In this document: positions 38,730-47,811 of the stretch, piece after piece | Layout: each line of letters opens with the position of its first letter | Position numbering within the stretch: the first letter of the stretch is position 1 | Source of the DNA: an uncultured Desulfarculus sp. | GTDB taxonomy: Bacteria; Desulfobacterota; Desulfarculia; Desulfarculales; Desulfarculaceae | Assembly: GCA_963665125.2 (NCBI GenBank) | Contig: CAXXUK010000001.1 | Coordinates: 1,280,001-1,344,000, forward strand | Length of the DNA: 64,000 nucleotides | Direction: 5' to 3' | The notes under the pieces: model-generated | Seen by the model: only the letters and a program-made list of their open reading frames with translations | Databases searched by the model: none | What the model was told of the DNA's origin: nothing | Position numbers and translations under genes: made by a program

Positions 38730-40493
38730 ATGCCAAAACAAAAGTCCGGCCACTTATTAATTTGGGTCTTTAGCCTGGTCGCCGTTACGGCGATTCTGGT
38801 GGTATTCGCCGGCGGGCCCCTGACCGGCGAATCACCAGAATCCTATAGCCAAGATTATATGTTGCCCAATATCGGCCTTGTCGAGGACAAATCCTGCGAT
38901 CTGAGCTTTACCGAAGCAAAGCGGCTTTTTAAAACCGGTCCGGTCCAACAGGTGCAAGGCGCCAAAATCAGCATCGGCTTTTCCAATTCCGCCTGGTGGG
39001 GCATGGCAAGCCTGAGAAAAGCCGCCGTGGACCGCTACAAAGGCCCCTTGATGCTCGAATTCACCAAACCGGCCTTAAGCTCCATAAGGGTGTATATTCC
39101 CCTGCGCTCCGGCCCGGACGCGCCCACCAGTTGGCTCGTTAAAACATCCGGGGAAGCCGAACCGTCCACCAGCCGGGATGTCTTGAGCCGCAGCTTTATT
39201 TTTCTGGTGCCATCCGGATATGACCCGGCCCAGCCAATCTATTTTCGCATAGAATCGTATATATCGATCAACACCCAGGTCTTGTTCTGGCTGCCTCAAA
39301 AATTGATCAGCAAGGTGTCGCTCGACAGCCTACTCTTCGGCCTTGTATACGGCGTAATGGCGGCAATGTCCCTGTATAACCTGATCCTGTTCCTGTTCCT
39401 GCGGGAAAATGTCTATCTTCACTATGTCTTCTATGTTCTCAGCGTGGCTATGTACCTGTCCGTTGTCTATGGGCATTTTCCGGCCCTGGTGGCGCCCGCC
39501 GATGGCCTGAAACCATTTTTCCGCGTGCTGATAGCCGCCCTGCCGATTTTTTTTGGTCCCTACTTCATCCGATCTTTTCTCAACATCAAAAAGACTTCGC
39601 GATTCTGGAACCGGGTGATGGTGGTGGTCATGGTCTTGGCGGCGGTATGTCCTTTGATGAGCCTGATAATTACCGTGAACGCCACCAACCAGTTCATGAC
39701 CGGACTGGGGTTCGCCAGCGGCCTGTTGTTTTTGGCCGTACTGGCAGATTATCTGCGCCGCGGGTACAAGCCTGCGAGATTTTTAATGATCGCCTGGAGC
39801 ACGTTCATCTTCGGGGTCATGATTTTTTCCCTGGGCGGCATCGTCATCCCCCGTACGCCGATCACGGTCTACACCATGGCCGTGGGAGCGGCCTTAGAGT
39901 CCATTTTGCTGTCATTCGCCCTGGCCGACCGAATCCGCCTGCTGCGCCGGTCCCACGAAATGTTGAGCGTTTCCCACAAACACTTTCGTGAACTGGCCGT
40001 GCGTGACGGCCTGACTGGCCTTTACAACAGGCGCTACACCTTCGAGCAACTCCCCGAGGAACTTGAAACCGTCAAGGGCATAGGCGGCGACATGTCCCTG
40101 ATGATGATGGACGTGGACAATTTCAAGCATTTCAACGACACCTATGGCCACCCCGAAGGCGACAAGGTGCTGGTCAAATTGGCCGAAGTCATCGCAGGCT
40201 GCATCCGGGCCCAGGACTCGGGCTGCCGTTATGGAGGCGAAGAGTTTGTGGTGGTGTTGCCCGGCACCGCCGAGCAGGATGCCTTTCGCGTTGCCGAAAG
40301 AATAAGAATTCAATTCAGCCAAAGCGTATTCAACCCCAAGCCCGATGAATCAGTGCAGGTTACCGTAAGTATCGGGCTGACCAGTCTGCAAAGCCGTGAC
40401 GAGGACGCCGACAAGCTTATCAAGCAGGCTGACGCGGCCTTGTACGAGGCAAAATCGCTGGGTAAAAATCAAACATTTCGGCTCAAGACCTAG
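38730..40493 (+). CDS. 7TM-DISM diguanylate cyclase
   Basis: DISMED2-like periplasmic domain, 7 TM (YNLILFLFLRE..YLHY, LLSFALADR), DGLTGLYNRR, RAQD I-site, GGEEF. Confidence 0.93.
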   Translation: MPKQKSGHLLIWVFSLVAVTAILVVFAGGPLTGESPESYSQDYMLPNIGLVEDKSCDLSFTEAKRLFKTGPVQQVQGAKISIGFSNSAWWGMASLRKAAVDRYKGPLMLEFTKPALSSIRVYIPLRSGPDAPTSWLVKTSGEAEPSTSRDVLSRSFIFLVPSGYDPAQPIYFRIESYISINTQVLFWLPQKLISKVSLDSLLFGLVYGVMAAMSLYNLILFLFLRENVYLHYVFYVLSVAMYLSVVYGHFPALVAPADGLKPFFRVLIAALPIFFGPYFIRSFLNIKKTSRFWNRVMVVVMVLAAVCPLMSLIITVNATNQFMTGLGFASGLLFLAVLADYLRRGYKPARFLMIAWSTFIFGVMIFSLGGIVIPRTPITVYTMAVGAALESILLSFALADRIRLLRRSHEMLSVSHKHFRELAVRDGLTGLYNRRYTFEQLPEELETVKGIGGDMSLMMMDVDNFKHFNDTYGHPEGDKVLVKLAEVIAGCIRAQDSGCRYGGEEFVVVLPGTAEQDAFRVAERIRIQFSQSVFNPKPDESVQVTVSIGLTSLQSRDEDADKLIKQADAALYEAKSLGKNQTFRLKT

Positions 40494-40564
40494 TTGAAGG
40501 GCATCGTCCTGTTTTATGCATCAGGTTTGCCGACAACTTTTTAATTGAAAGCGAAGATGGGGAA

Positions 40565-41056
40565 ATGAAAAGACAAAACTCATGCGACTTGGCCCAAGGG
40601 TTTACCATCGGGGAAAAGCTCTTCGCCCAGATCACCTTCAACGGCTTTTGGATAACCGCATTCGCCGCCATCTGGCAAAGCAGCGTCCCATGGTCGTTGA
40701 TTTATCTTGGACTGGTGGTTTACGGCGTTATCGGACTAGTGCAACGGCAATTGGCCTGCCCCAGGTGCCCCCATCTATATGAGTACGGAGACTGTCTACA
40801 GGCCCCGCCAAAGCTCACCAAGCTCATCGTCAAAAAGCCCACGACCCAACCCATGAACAAGGCCCAGCGCTTTTTGTTTGTGGTGGTTTTCGTGGTGATT
40901 ACGCTTTTCCCTCAATATTGGCTGGTTTCATTGCCGGGATATTTCACAGCCTTTTGGGTTTTCAGCGGTGCCTGGTATTTGGGGCAGTTCCTTTATTTCT
41001 GCAAGCGATGCCGGGTGTCAAGCTGCCCGTTTTGCCGGGCAAAGGCGATCAACTAA
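40565..41056 (+). CDS. Hypothetical 4-TM membrane protein with Cys clusters
   Basis: Hydrophobic segments; CPRCPH..GDC and CKRCRVSSCPFC. Confidence 0.75.
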   Translation: MKRQNSCDLAQGFTIGEKLFAQITFNGFWITAFAAIWQSSVPWSLIYLGLVVYGVIGLVQRQLACPRCPHLYEYGDCLQAPPKLTKLIVKKPTTQPMNKAQRFLFVVVFVVITLFPQYWLVSLPGYFTAFWVFSGAWYLGQFLYFCKRCRVSSCPFCRAKAIN

Positions 41057-41070
41057 GTAGATGCCACAAA

Positions 41071-42195
41071 CTATTTGAGCACCTCGCCGCTTGCCTGGTC
41101 CAACACGAAAACCTGTCCGGCATTGACGGCCGGAGGCCCGAAGCGGCTCAGTTTGGCCTCCGCCTTCCAGGCCATTTTGTTCAAGTGGGTTTGGGACAAT
41201 ACATGATCTTCCTCGGACAAGGCATAGATCTTACCGCCAAAAGAGGTAATTACCGAAGGCTCCGGCAAGGCCCCGATCTTTTGCCAGTTTAGCTTCCAGA
41301 TAGGAGCAGCCATCAAATCCCCCGAGCCGACCAAGCAGCAGACCAGTTGGTGCCCACAATAGGCAAACGAATCGACGTCTTCGAGCTTGCCCAGGCTTTG
41401 CCACTTGATTTTGTTGATGTGGGTGCTGAAAAATTCTCCCGATTGTTTATCCCACAAATACAAACGGCCCTGCCCCGCGGCGAACAGCGTCGCCGGCGGC
41501 GCCTGGCAAAACAACTCCCAGCGGCACTGGTCCAGGGGGCTGGCCCATATCTCATGCGTGTCCGGTTTATACGCATAGATCTTGCCGTGCATGGCGGCGA
41601 TGCCTTTTCCGCCCTCAATCTTGCCCCAGGCCTTCAACTCGACAAGGCCGGGCCCGGCGTCTTTGGCTTTGCCATTGCCTCCACCGGCGGATGATCCCGA
41701 TGGTTTGTTGATACGGCTGCTGTCACCTTGGTCCGAAGACGCGGCCTTACCCGCCCTGGCTGCCGCAAAGGCCGGTCCGCCGAACTTGTCCACAGCCTGA
41801 TAATAACCCTGGGCCGCCTGGTAACAGGCCTCCTTCAACGGCGTCTCCAGGATGTTTTGGTAGGTCTTTTCGCACTCGGCCCGCATGTCGGCCAGAAAAC
41901 GGTTGTCGCACTCCCGGCGGCTGATCCCCGGCTTGTCGTAACAGTCATCGTGCTTTTTACATGCCTTGAACACGGGCACTATATCGATGTGGCCCAGCTT
42001 GGCCACCCAGCCTTGACGCACCTTGGGCGGCGGCCAACGGTCGGGTATCATTTCGCTGCGCCAGTCGCCCTTGGCCCCGCAATAGCTGCCCGCGTTTGCC
42101 CCTGTAACAACCGCCGCGCAGGCCAACAACGCGCATATCATCAGAATCGCCAGTCTCCGCAAAACTTTGACTCCTTTATTGCCAACCCTGGCCAT
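41071..42195 (-). CDS. Exported phospholipase A2-like domain plus C-terminal beta-propeller-like repeats
   Basis: Signal peptide; YCG, CKKHDDCY, CDNRFLADM...C, C...A..YYQAV..FG; Ser/Gly linker; ~39-aa repeats. Confidence 0.75.
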   Translation of the reverse strand: MARVGNKGVKVLRRLAILMICALLACAAVVTGANAGSYCGAKGDWRSEMIPDRWPPPKVRQGWVAKLGHIDIVPVFKACKKHDDCYDKPGISRRECDNRFLADMRAECEKTYQNILETPLKEACYQAAQGYYQAVDKFGGPAFAAARAGKAASSDQGDSSRINKPSGSSAGGGNGKAKDAGPGLVELKAWGKIEGGKGIAAMHGKIYAYKPDTHEIWASPLDQCRWELFCQAPPATLFAAGQGRLYLWDKQSGEFFSTHINKIKWQSLGKLEDVDSFAYCGHQLVCCLVGSGDLMAAPIWKLNWQKIGALPEPSVITSFGGKIYALSEEDHVLSQTHLNKMAWKAEAKLSRFGPPAVNAGQVFVLDQASGEVLK

Positions 42196-42358
42196 GGTAG
42201 CAAATGTGCCTTGCCAATGAAAAGGCCATGGCGTTCCAATAAGCCGACAACGCCATTCATTATCGCTTGCCGTGCCGGGAATTTCTTGAGAACACCACCA
42301 AAACAGGACTATATTACATAGACATGAAGCCCATTATTGCTGCCCCAGCGGGACGACG

Positions 42359-43867
42359 ATGACACCTACGGAAATAAGTTCATACCTCTGGCTGTTGATT
42401 CCTGTCGGCGCCTATCTGTTTTTCGCCCTTGCCCTGCATATGGCATCGCGCAGGGTCGCCCTCCTGGCCCGAATTAAGGTCCCGCTGCACATAATTGCCT
42501 TGGGCCTATGCCTGGATCTGTCGCTGGGCTATCTACAGTCGGACTGGGCCAAAATAATGTGGCCCTACGGCAAGGCCATGATCGCCTTCGGCTGCATGAT
42601 CCTGCTTATCCAGATACTCGAAGCCTTGAGCATAGGCTATTTCATGGTCCGACTCCAGGGCCGCCACGTACCGCCGATCCTGCGGCGTTTCGTGCTGCTT
42701 GCCTCCTATTTCATAGTCGCCACCATCATCCTGAGGACCTATTTGGACCTCGACGTAACATCGCTCATCGCCACCTCGGCGGTGGTTTCGTTCGTGGTCG
42801 GTCTGGCCTCCCAAGACCTTTTGGGTTCGGTACTGGCCGGCATCGTCGTGGGCATCGAGAGGCCGCTGGGTCTGGACGATTGGGTGACCATAAACGACCA
42901 GGAAGGCCAGATCGTCGACATCACCTGGCGGCGCACCGAGATGCGCACCAGGGACGGCGACCTGGTGGTATTACCAAACTCCCAGCTCATGAAAAGCACC
43001 ATAGTCAATCACAACAGGCCAACCCCGGCCCACCGCGTGACCATGGAGATAGGCGCCCATTACCGTCACCCGCCCAACAAGGTCAAGAACGCAATAATCA
43101 GCGCGGCAAGGCTCTGCGGCAACATAAGCTACTCACCGGCGCCCTCGGTGTTTTTGCTCGGCTATGATGACTCATCCATCACCTACCGCCTCAATGTCTG
43201 GATTGACGACTTCAGCCTGCTGGAACAAATAAGGGACCAGATAAACACGTATATCTGGTACCAATTCAAGCGTGAGGGCATAGAAATACCCTTCCCCATA
43301 CGCACCCTGCACACTCCGGCGGCAGAAGAGCCCAGCGAAGTGATTCGGCGCGGTCTTGTCGAAAGACTGGTGCCGCTATTGGAGGGAGCCGACATTTTCC
43401 GGGGCATTCCGGGCAAAACCTTGGAAAGAATTGCCGCGGGCATGCGTCTGGAAACCTATGGCGCGGGCGAAACCCTTTTCGACGAAGGCCAGCCCGGCCG
43501 CAACATGTACATGCTCATCAGCGGCGAAGCCCAGGTCCTGAAGAAAAGGCCGGATGGCAGGGAGCAAAAAATGGCCACATTGCAGCCCGGCGAGATCTGC
43601 GGCGAAATGTCGCTTTTGCTGGAGCAGCCCCGCATGGCCACCGTGCGCATGGCCAGTGATTCACAGATCATCGCCATGGGGCCGGGCGTGTTCAAGGAAC
43701 TGGCCTCCGAGCACCCGGAATTCCTGGAGCACCTAAGCAAACTGGTTGAAAACCGCCGCCAGGAAAACGCCGAGCTTCAGGCCCTGTTCAGCGAAACGGT
43801 GCACCAAACCCGCGAAGGAAGATTGCAGGCGGTGCTGGGACGTATCCGATCCGCCTTGAAGCTGTAA
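42359..43867 (+). CDS. MscS family channel with C-terminal cyclic nucleotide-binding domain
   Basis: VVGLASQD.LG..LAG, GQIVDITWRRT, GIEIPFP; cNMP domain LFDEGQPG..GEICGEMSLL..PRMATV. Confidence 0.92.
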   Translation: MTPTEISSYLWLLIPVGAYLFFALALHMASRRVALLARIKVPLHIIALGLCLDLSLGYLQSDWAKIMWPYGKAMIAFGCMILLIQILEALSIGYFMVRLQGRHVPPILRRFVLLASYFIVATIILRTYLDLDVTSLIATSAVVSFVVGLASQDLLGSVLAGIVVGIERPLGLDDWVTINDQEGQIVDITWRRTEMRTRDGDLVVLPNSQLMKSTIVNHNRPTPAHRVTMEIGAHYRHPPNKVKNAIISAARLCGNISYSPAPSVFLLGYDDSSITYRLNVWIDDFSLLEQIRDQINTYIWYQFKREGIEIPFPIRTLHTPAAEEPSEVIRRGLVERLVPLLEGADIFRGIPGKTLERIAAGMRLETYGAGETLFDEGQPGRNMYMLISGEAQVLKKRPDGREQKMATLQPGEICGEMSLLLEQPRMATVRMASDSQIIAMGPGVFKELASEHPEFLEHLSKLVENRRQENAELQALFSETVHQTREGRLQAVLGRIRSALKL

Positions 43868-43902
43868 CAAGACAATTCACCTGATTATCGGGAGCGAAAA
43901 AT

Positions 43903-44382
43903 ATGAAGCGAAAAAAAGTCATGGCTATCCTGGCTGCGGGCCTTTTGGTCTGCGGGGCGGTGATTGCCTATGCCGCATCCCAAGCCATGAGCGTGCAGGT
44001 AAAGACTGGCCGCGTGCTCGACAGTCCCAATTGCTTTGGCAAGCTCATCAGGGCCCTGCCCTACGGCACCCGGATCGACACCCTGGGCCAGCAAGGCCAA
44101 TGGTACAAGATTGCCTCCCCCGCGGGCTGGATTCACTCATCGGCCCTGAGTTCCCAGAATATCGCCTTCCAGTCCGGCTCCAAAACCAAGGTCCAGGCCG
44201 ACAGCCAGGAAATGGCTCTGGCCGGCAAGGGCTTCAACAAGAAGGTTGAAGCCAAGTACCGGGCCTCGGGCAAGGGCGACTACGCCATGGTCGACAAAAT
44301 CGAGCGCAGCTACAACTTCAGCGGAAACCAGCTCAAGCAGTTCCTGAACCAAGGCGGCCTGCACGCGGGAGACAGCCAATGA
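43903..44382 (+). CDS. Exported SH3b-domain protein
   Basis: Signal peptide; QGQWYKI...GWIH; C-terminal ALAGKGFN..VE...VDKIE...FL..GGL. Confidence 0.8.
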   Translation: MKRKKVMAILAAGLLVCGAVIAYAASQAMSVQVKTGRVLDSPNCFGKLIRALPYGTRIDTLGQQGQWYKIASPAGWIHSSALSSQNIAFQSGSKTKVQADSQEMALAGKGFNKKVEAKYRASGKGDYAMVDKIERSYNFSGNQLKQFLNQGGLHAGDSQ

Positions 44383-45338
44383 AACGACAGACAAGCAAAA
44401 TCCTGCGTAAGGGCGCGTTGGTAGGTCTGGCTTCGGTGCTCGGCATTTGCATGACTTCGGGCCTGATAGCCCCGTTCGCCGGCCAGAACACGGCCAGAGC
44501 CGGAATCATGGATTACCTGCCCTCCACCGGCGACATAAACAAGGCCAAGGACATCTACAACAAGGGCAAGAAGATCACCGAGGCCACCCAAAAGGCCGTG
44601 ACCGAGCTGACTCCGGAGCAGGAGTATTATCTGGGTCGGGCGGTGTCGGCCAATATTCTGGAGAAATACCAGGTCCTGGATGACGCCGAGCTCAACGGTT
44701 ATGTCAATCAATTGGGCCAGGCCTTGGCCGCGGTCTCGGACCGGCCCCAGACCTTTGGCGGCTATCATTTCGTGGTGCTGGATTCTCCGGAAATCAATGC
44801 CTTTGCCGCGCCGGGCGGCCTGATCATGGTGGCCAAGGGCATGGTGAACATCTGCGGCAGCGAGGCCGAGTTGGCCGCGGTGCTGGCTCATGAGATCGGC
44901 CATGTGCAGTACGAACACGGCGTGGCGTCCATCAAAAGCAGCCGATGGACCGACCTGGGCGGCCTGCTGCTCAAGGAAGGCATCAATGAATTCGGCGGCA
45001 GCGAACTGAACCAGTTGACCAACCTGTTCGGCGAATCGGTGGGCGATGTCAGCAAGACCTTGATGGTCAACGGATATTCGCGATCCCAGGAAACCGAGGC
45101 CGACAAGGCCGCCGTGGTGATCATGGAGCGGGTCGGCTATCCGCCCAACGCTTTGGTCAGCATGCTGCAGAAAATGAAAAAGGCCTACCCGGCCAGTGGT
45201 GATGTTGGTTTCGCCAAAACCCACCCCGACCCCCTGGACCGGATCGAGGACATCAAGGCCCTGGTTCCCAAGGGCGGCCCGGCCACTCCGCCGGCGGCCC
45301 AGGTGGTGCGTTTTCAGCGGGCCACGGCCAACCTCTAG
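44379..45338 (+). CDS. M48 family metalloprotease, exported
   Basis: INAFAAPGG, ELAAVLAHEIGH (HExxH), YSRSQETEAD, THP; ATGA overlap with the SH3 gene. Confidence 0.92.
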   Translation: MKRQTSKILRKGALVGLASVLGICMTSGLIAPFAGQNTARAGIMDYLPSTGDINKAKDIYNKGKKITEATQKAVTELTPEQEYYLGRAVSANILEKYQVLDDAELNGYVNQLGQALAAVSDRPQTFGGYHFVVLDSPEINAFAAPGGLIMVAKGMVNICGSEAELAAVLAHEIGHVQYEHGVASIKSSRWTDLGGLLLKEGINEFGGSELNQLTNLFGESVGDVSKTLMVNGYSRSQETEADKAAVVIMERVGYPPNALVSMLQKMKKAYPASGDVGFAKTHPDPLDRIEDIKALVPKGGPATPPAAQVVRFQRATANL

Positions 45339-45350
45339 GGTTTGCCGGCA

Positions 45351-47462
45351 ATGACTCCCAAACGCGCCAAATGGCTGCGCGGCCTGGCCCTGGGCCTGAG
45401 CGCCGCCGCCATTGCCCTGGCCCTTTGGGGCCTCGGCGTGCTTACGCCTTGGGAACGGGCCACCTGGGACATGCGAGCCGCGTTTTGGGCCCGACCCGGC
45501 CAGGCCACCGACAAGGTCAAGATCATCGCCCTGGACCAGACCAGCCTGGACTGGGCCGCCGTGAACAGCGGCCTGGGCTGGCCCTGGCCCAGGCAGGCCT
45601 ATGCCTATGTCATCGACTACCTGAGCAAGGCGGGAGCCAAGGCGGTCATCTTTGACGTCTTGTACAGCGAACCCAGCAACCTGGCCGGGGACGACGAGCA
45701 GCTAGCCGCCGCGGCCAGCCGTTCGGGGCGTTTCGTGGGCGCGTTGATGCTGGGCAAACAGGGCGGACGCAATGCCCTGCCAGGGCCGGTGGCCGCCAAG
45801 ATCCCCGCCATGCCCGGCGCTGAAGCCTGGCTCCAAACCCACCCTGCCCCCGCCGGTGAAGAAGCCCTGACGCCAATCGCCGAACTGGCCCAAAGCGCCT
45901 GGGCCTTGGGCAATGTCAGTTCCCGGCCCGATGCCGACCAGGTGGTCCGGTCCATCAGCCTGGTCCGCTCCTTTGGTGGCAATGTGGTGCCCAACCTGGG
46001 CCTGGCCGCCTGGCTCAAGGCCAACCCCGGCCAAGCCGCCCTGGAGCCGGACCGACTGCAAACCAACGCGCAAACAATCCGGTTGGACGATCTGGGCCGG
46101 GCCCTGCTCAACTACCGCGGCCCCGCCGGCACGTTTCAAAGCTTTTCCGCCGCAGCGGTGATCCAGTCGGCCTTGCAACTCGAACAGGGCGCCGAGCCCA
46201 CCATCGCCGACGCAGCGATCTTCAAAGATTGCTACGTCTTCTTCGGATTCACCGCGCCGGGCCTGCACGACTTGCGGGCCGCGCCTGTTTCGCCGTTGAT
46301 GCCCGGCGTGGAGATCCAGGCCACTGCCCTGGACAACATCCTGTCCGGTGATTTTCTGCGCCACGCGCCGGATTGGTGGGTTGTGCTGATCACCCTGGCC
46401 TTCAGCCTGCTCTGCGCCTATATCGGCCTGGGCTCGGTTACCGTGGGCCGCACGGTCCTAGGCCTGTGCCTGCTGCTGCCCCTGCCCGGCCTGGGGGCTT
46501 TTCTGGCCTACCCGGCGGGCTGGTGGTGGCCCTTCCTGGTTGTTGAAACAGGGGCGGCCCTGACCCTGCTGGGCGCGGTCATCATCAATTTCGCCGTGGA
46601 AGGCCGCCAGCGAAGGTTCATCAAAAAGGCGTTCAGGCACTATCTGAGCCCCGTGGTCATCGACCGCATCCTGGAAGACCCGGACAAACTCAAGCTGGGC
46701 GGCGAACGGCGGGAGTTGTCCATATTCTTCAGCGACCTGGCCGGATTCACCAGCCTGTCCGAAGGCCTGGAGCCCGAGGAACTGACCCTACTGCTCAACG
46801 ATTACCTGTCCGAGGCCAGCGACTTCATCCTGGAGACCGGCGGCACCCTGGACAAGTTCGAGGGCGACGCCATCATCGCCTTTTGGAACGCGCCCCTGGA
46901 TCAACCGGAACACGCCCTGGCCGCCTGCCGGGCCGCCCTGCTGTGTCAGCAGCGCCTGGCCCAACGGGCCGCTGAATACAAGGAACGCGTCGGGCGGCCC
47001 CTGACGGCACGCATCGGCATCAACACCGGGCCGGTGGTGGTGGGCAACATGGGTTCAAAGCAGCGCTTTGACTACACCGTGCTGGGCGACGCGGCCAACC
47101 TGGCCTCCCGCCTGGAGGGCGCCAACAAGGTCTTCGGTACGCCGATCATGGTTTCCCAGTCCACCTGGCAGCAGACCGGCGGCAAGATTCAGGGCAGGCT
47201 TTTGGGCCGTCTGCGGGTGGTGGGCCGCTCCGAGCCGGTGGCCGTTTACGAGCCCATGAGCCTGGACCACGGCGCGGATCAGGCCCTTATCGACGCCTTT
47301 GAACAAGGCGTAAAACTGGTCGAGGCGGGCGACCTCGAACAGGCGCGGGAAGTGTTCGCCGGTCTGGAAGGCGATCCTGCCGCCCGGTCATACCTCAAAA
47401 AGCTTGACCAATTGGAACCCGGCGAAACATGGGACGGCATCTGGAACCTGACCAGCAAATAA
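45351..47462 (+). CDS. CHASE2-domain class III adenylate/guanylate cyclase
   Basis: WPWPR, FDVLYSE, MPGVEIQA (CHASE2), 3 TM, FSDLAGFT, DKFEGDA, DYTVLGDAANLASRLEG. Confidence 0.94.
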   Translation: MTPKRAKWLRGLALGLSAAAIALALWGLGVLTPWERATWDMRAAFWARPGQATDKVKIIALDQTSLDWAAVNSGLGWPWPRQAYAYVIDYLSKAGAKAVIFDVLYSEPSNLAGDDEQLAAAASRSGRFVGALMLGKQGGRNALPGPVAAKIPAMPGAEAWLQTHPAPAGEEALTPIAELAQSAWALGNVSSRPDADQVVRSISLVRSFGGNVVPNLGLAAWLKANPGQAALEPDRLQTNAQTIRLDDLGRALLNYRGPAGTFQSFSAAAVIQSALQLEQGAEPTIADAAIFKDCYVFFGFTAPGLHDLRAAPVSPLMPGVEIQATALDNILSGDFLRHAPDWWVVLITLAFSLLCAYIGLGSVTVGRTVLGLCLLLPLPGLGAFLAYPAGWWWPFLVVETGAALTLLGAVIINFAVEGRQRRFIKKAFRHYLSPVVIDRILEDPDKLKLGGERRELSIFFSDLAGFTSLSEGLEPEELTLLLNDYLSEASDFILETGGTLDKFEGDAIIAFWNAPLDQPEHALAACRAALLCQQRLAQRAAEYKERVGRPLTARIGINTGPVVVGNMGSKQRFDYTVLGDAANLASRLEGANKVFGTPIMVSQSTWQQTGGKIQGRLLGRLRVVGRSEPVAVYEPMSLDHGADQALIDAFEQGVKLVEAGDLEQAREVFAGLEGDPAARSYLKKLDQLEPGETWDGIWNLTSK

Positions 47463-47560
47463 TTGTGCAAGCGGGTTGGACAAACTTTTTCCAAGCGGTT
47501 ATCATGGGCATAGTTGCATCTGGATGATTCAGTCCGGGGCAATATGAAGCAAAAGTTATC

Positions 47561-47727
47561 TTCCAGCGGGAGAGAGCCGTCGATGCGGCCGCCGAAGGTG
47601 CAAGGTCCAAGGACCGAAACTCTCAGGCAAAAGAACTGCTGGAAGCATTACTCCTGGAGAGAGCCGGCCGCGCCGGCCGCCGAAGGAGCAAGCCGCAAGG
47701 TGAATCTCTCAGGCCAAAAGACAGGAG
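47561..47727 (+). ncRNA. Tandem glycine riboswitch
   Basis: Two aptamers (47561-47644, 47651-47727), each GGAGAG...CGCCGAAGG.GCAA...CTCTCAGG..AAAAG.AC, directly upstream of gcvT. Confidence 0.96.
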
Positions 47728-47751
47728 GTCCTTAACCGGGCCTCCTTTTTT
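47724..47751 (+). terminator. Riboswitch expression-platform terminator
   Basis: GGAGGTCC-ttaacc-GGGCCTCC-TTTTTT overlapping the 3' strand of aptamer 2 P1. Confidence 0.85.
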
Positions 47752-47811
47752 GTTTTTTCAGGATGCCAAAAACATCCTGACAGAGGCCGCAGATATCGAG
47801 AGGAGCGCGAA

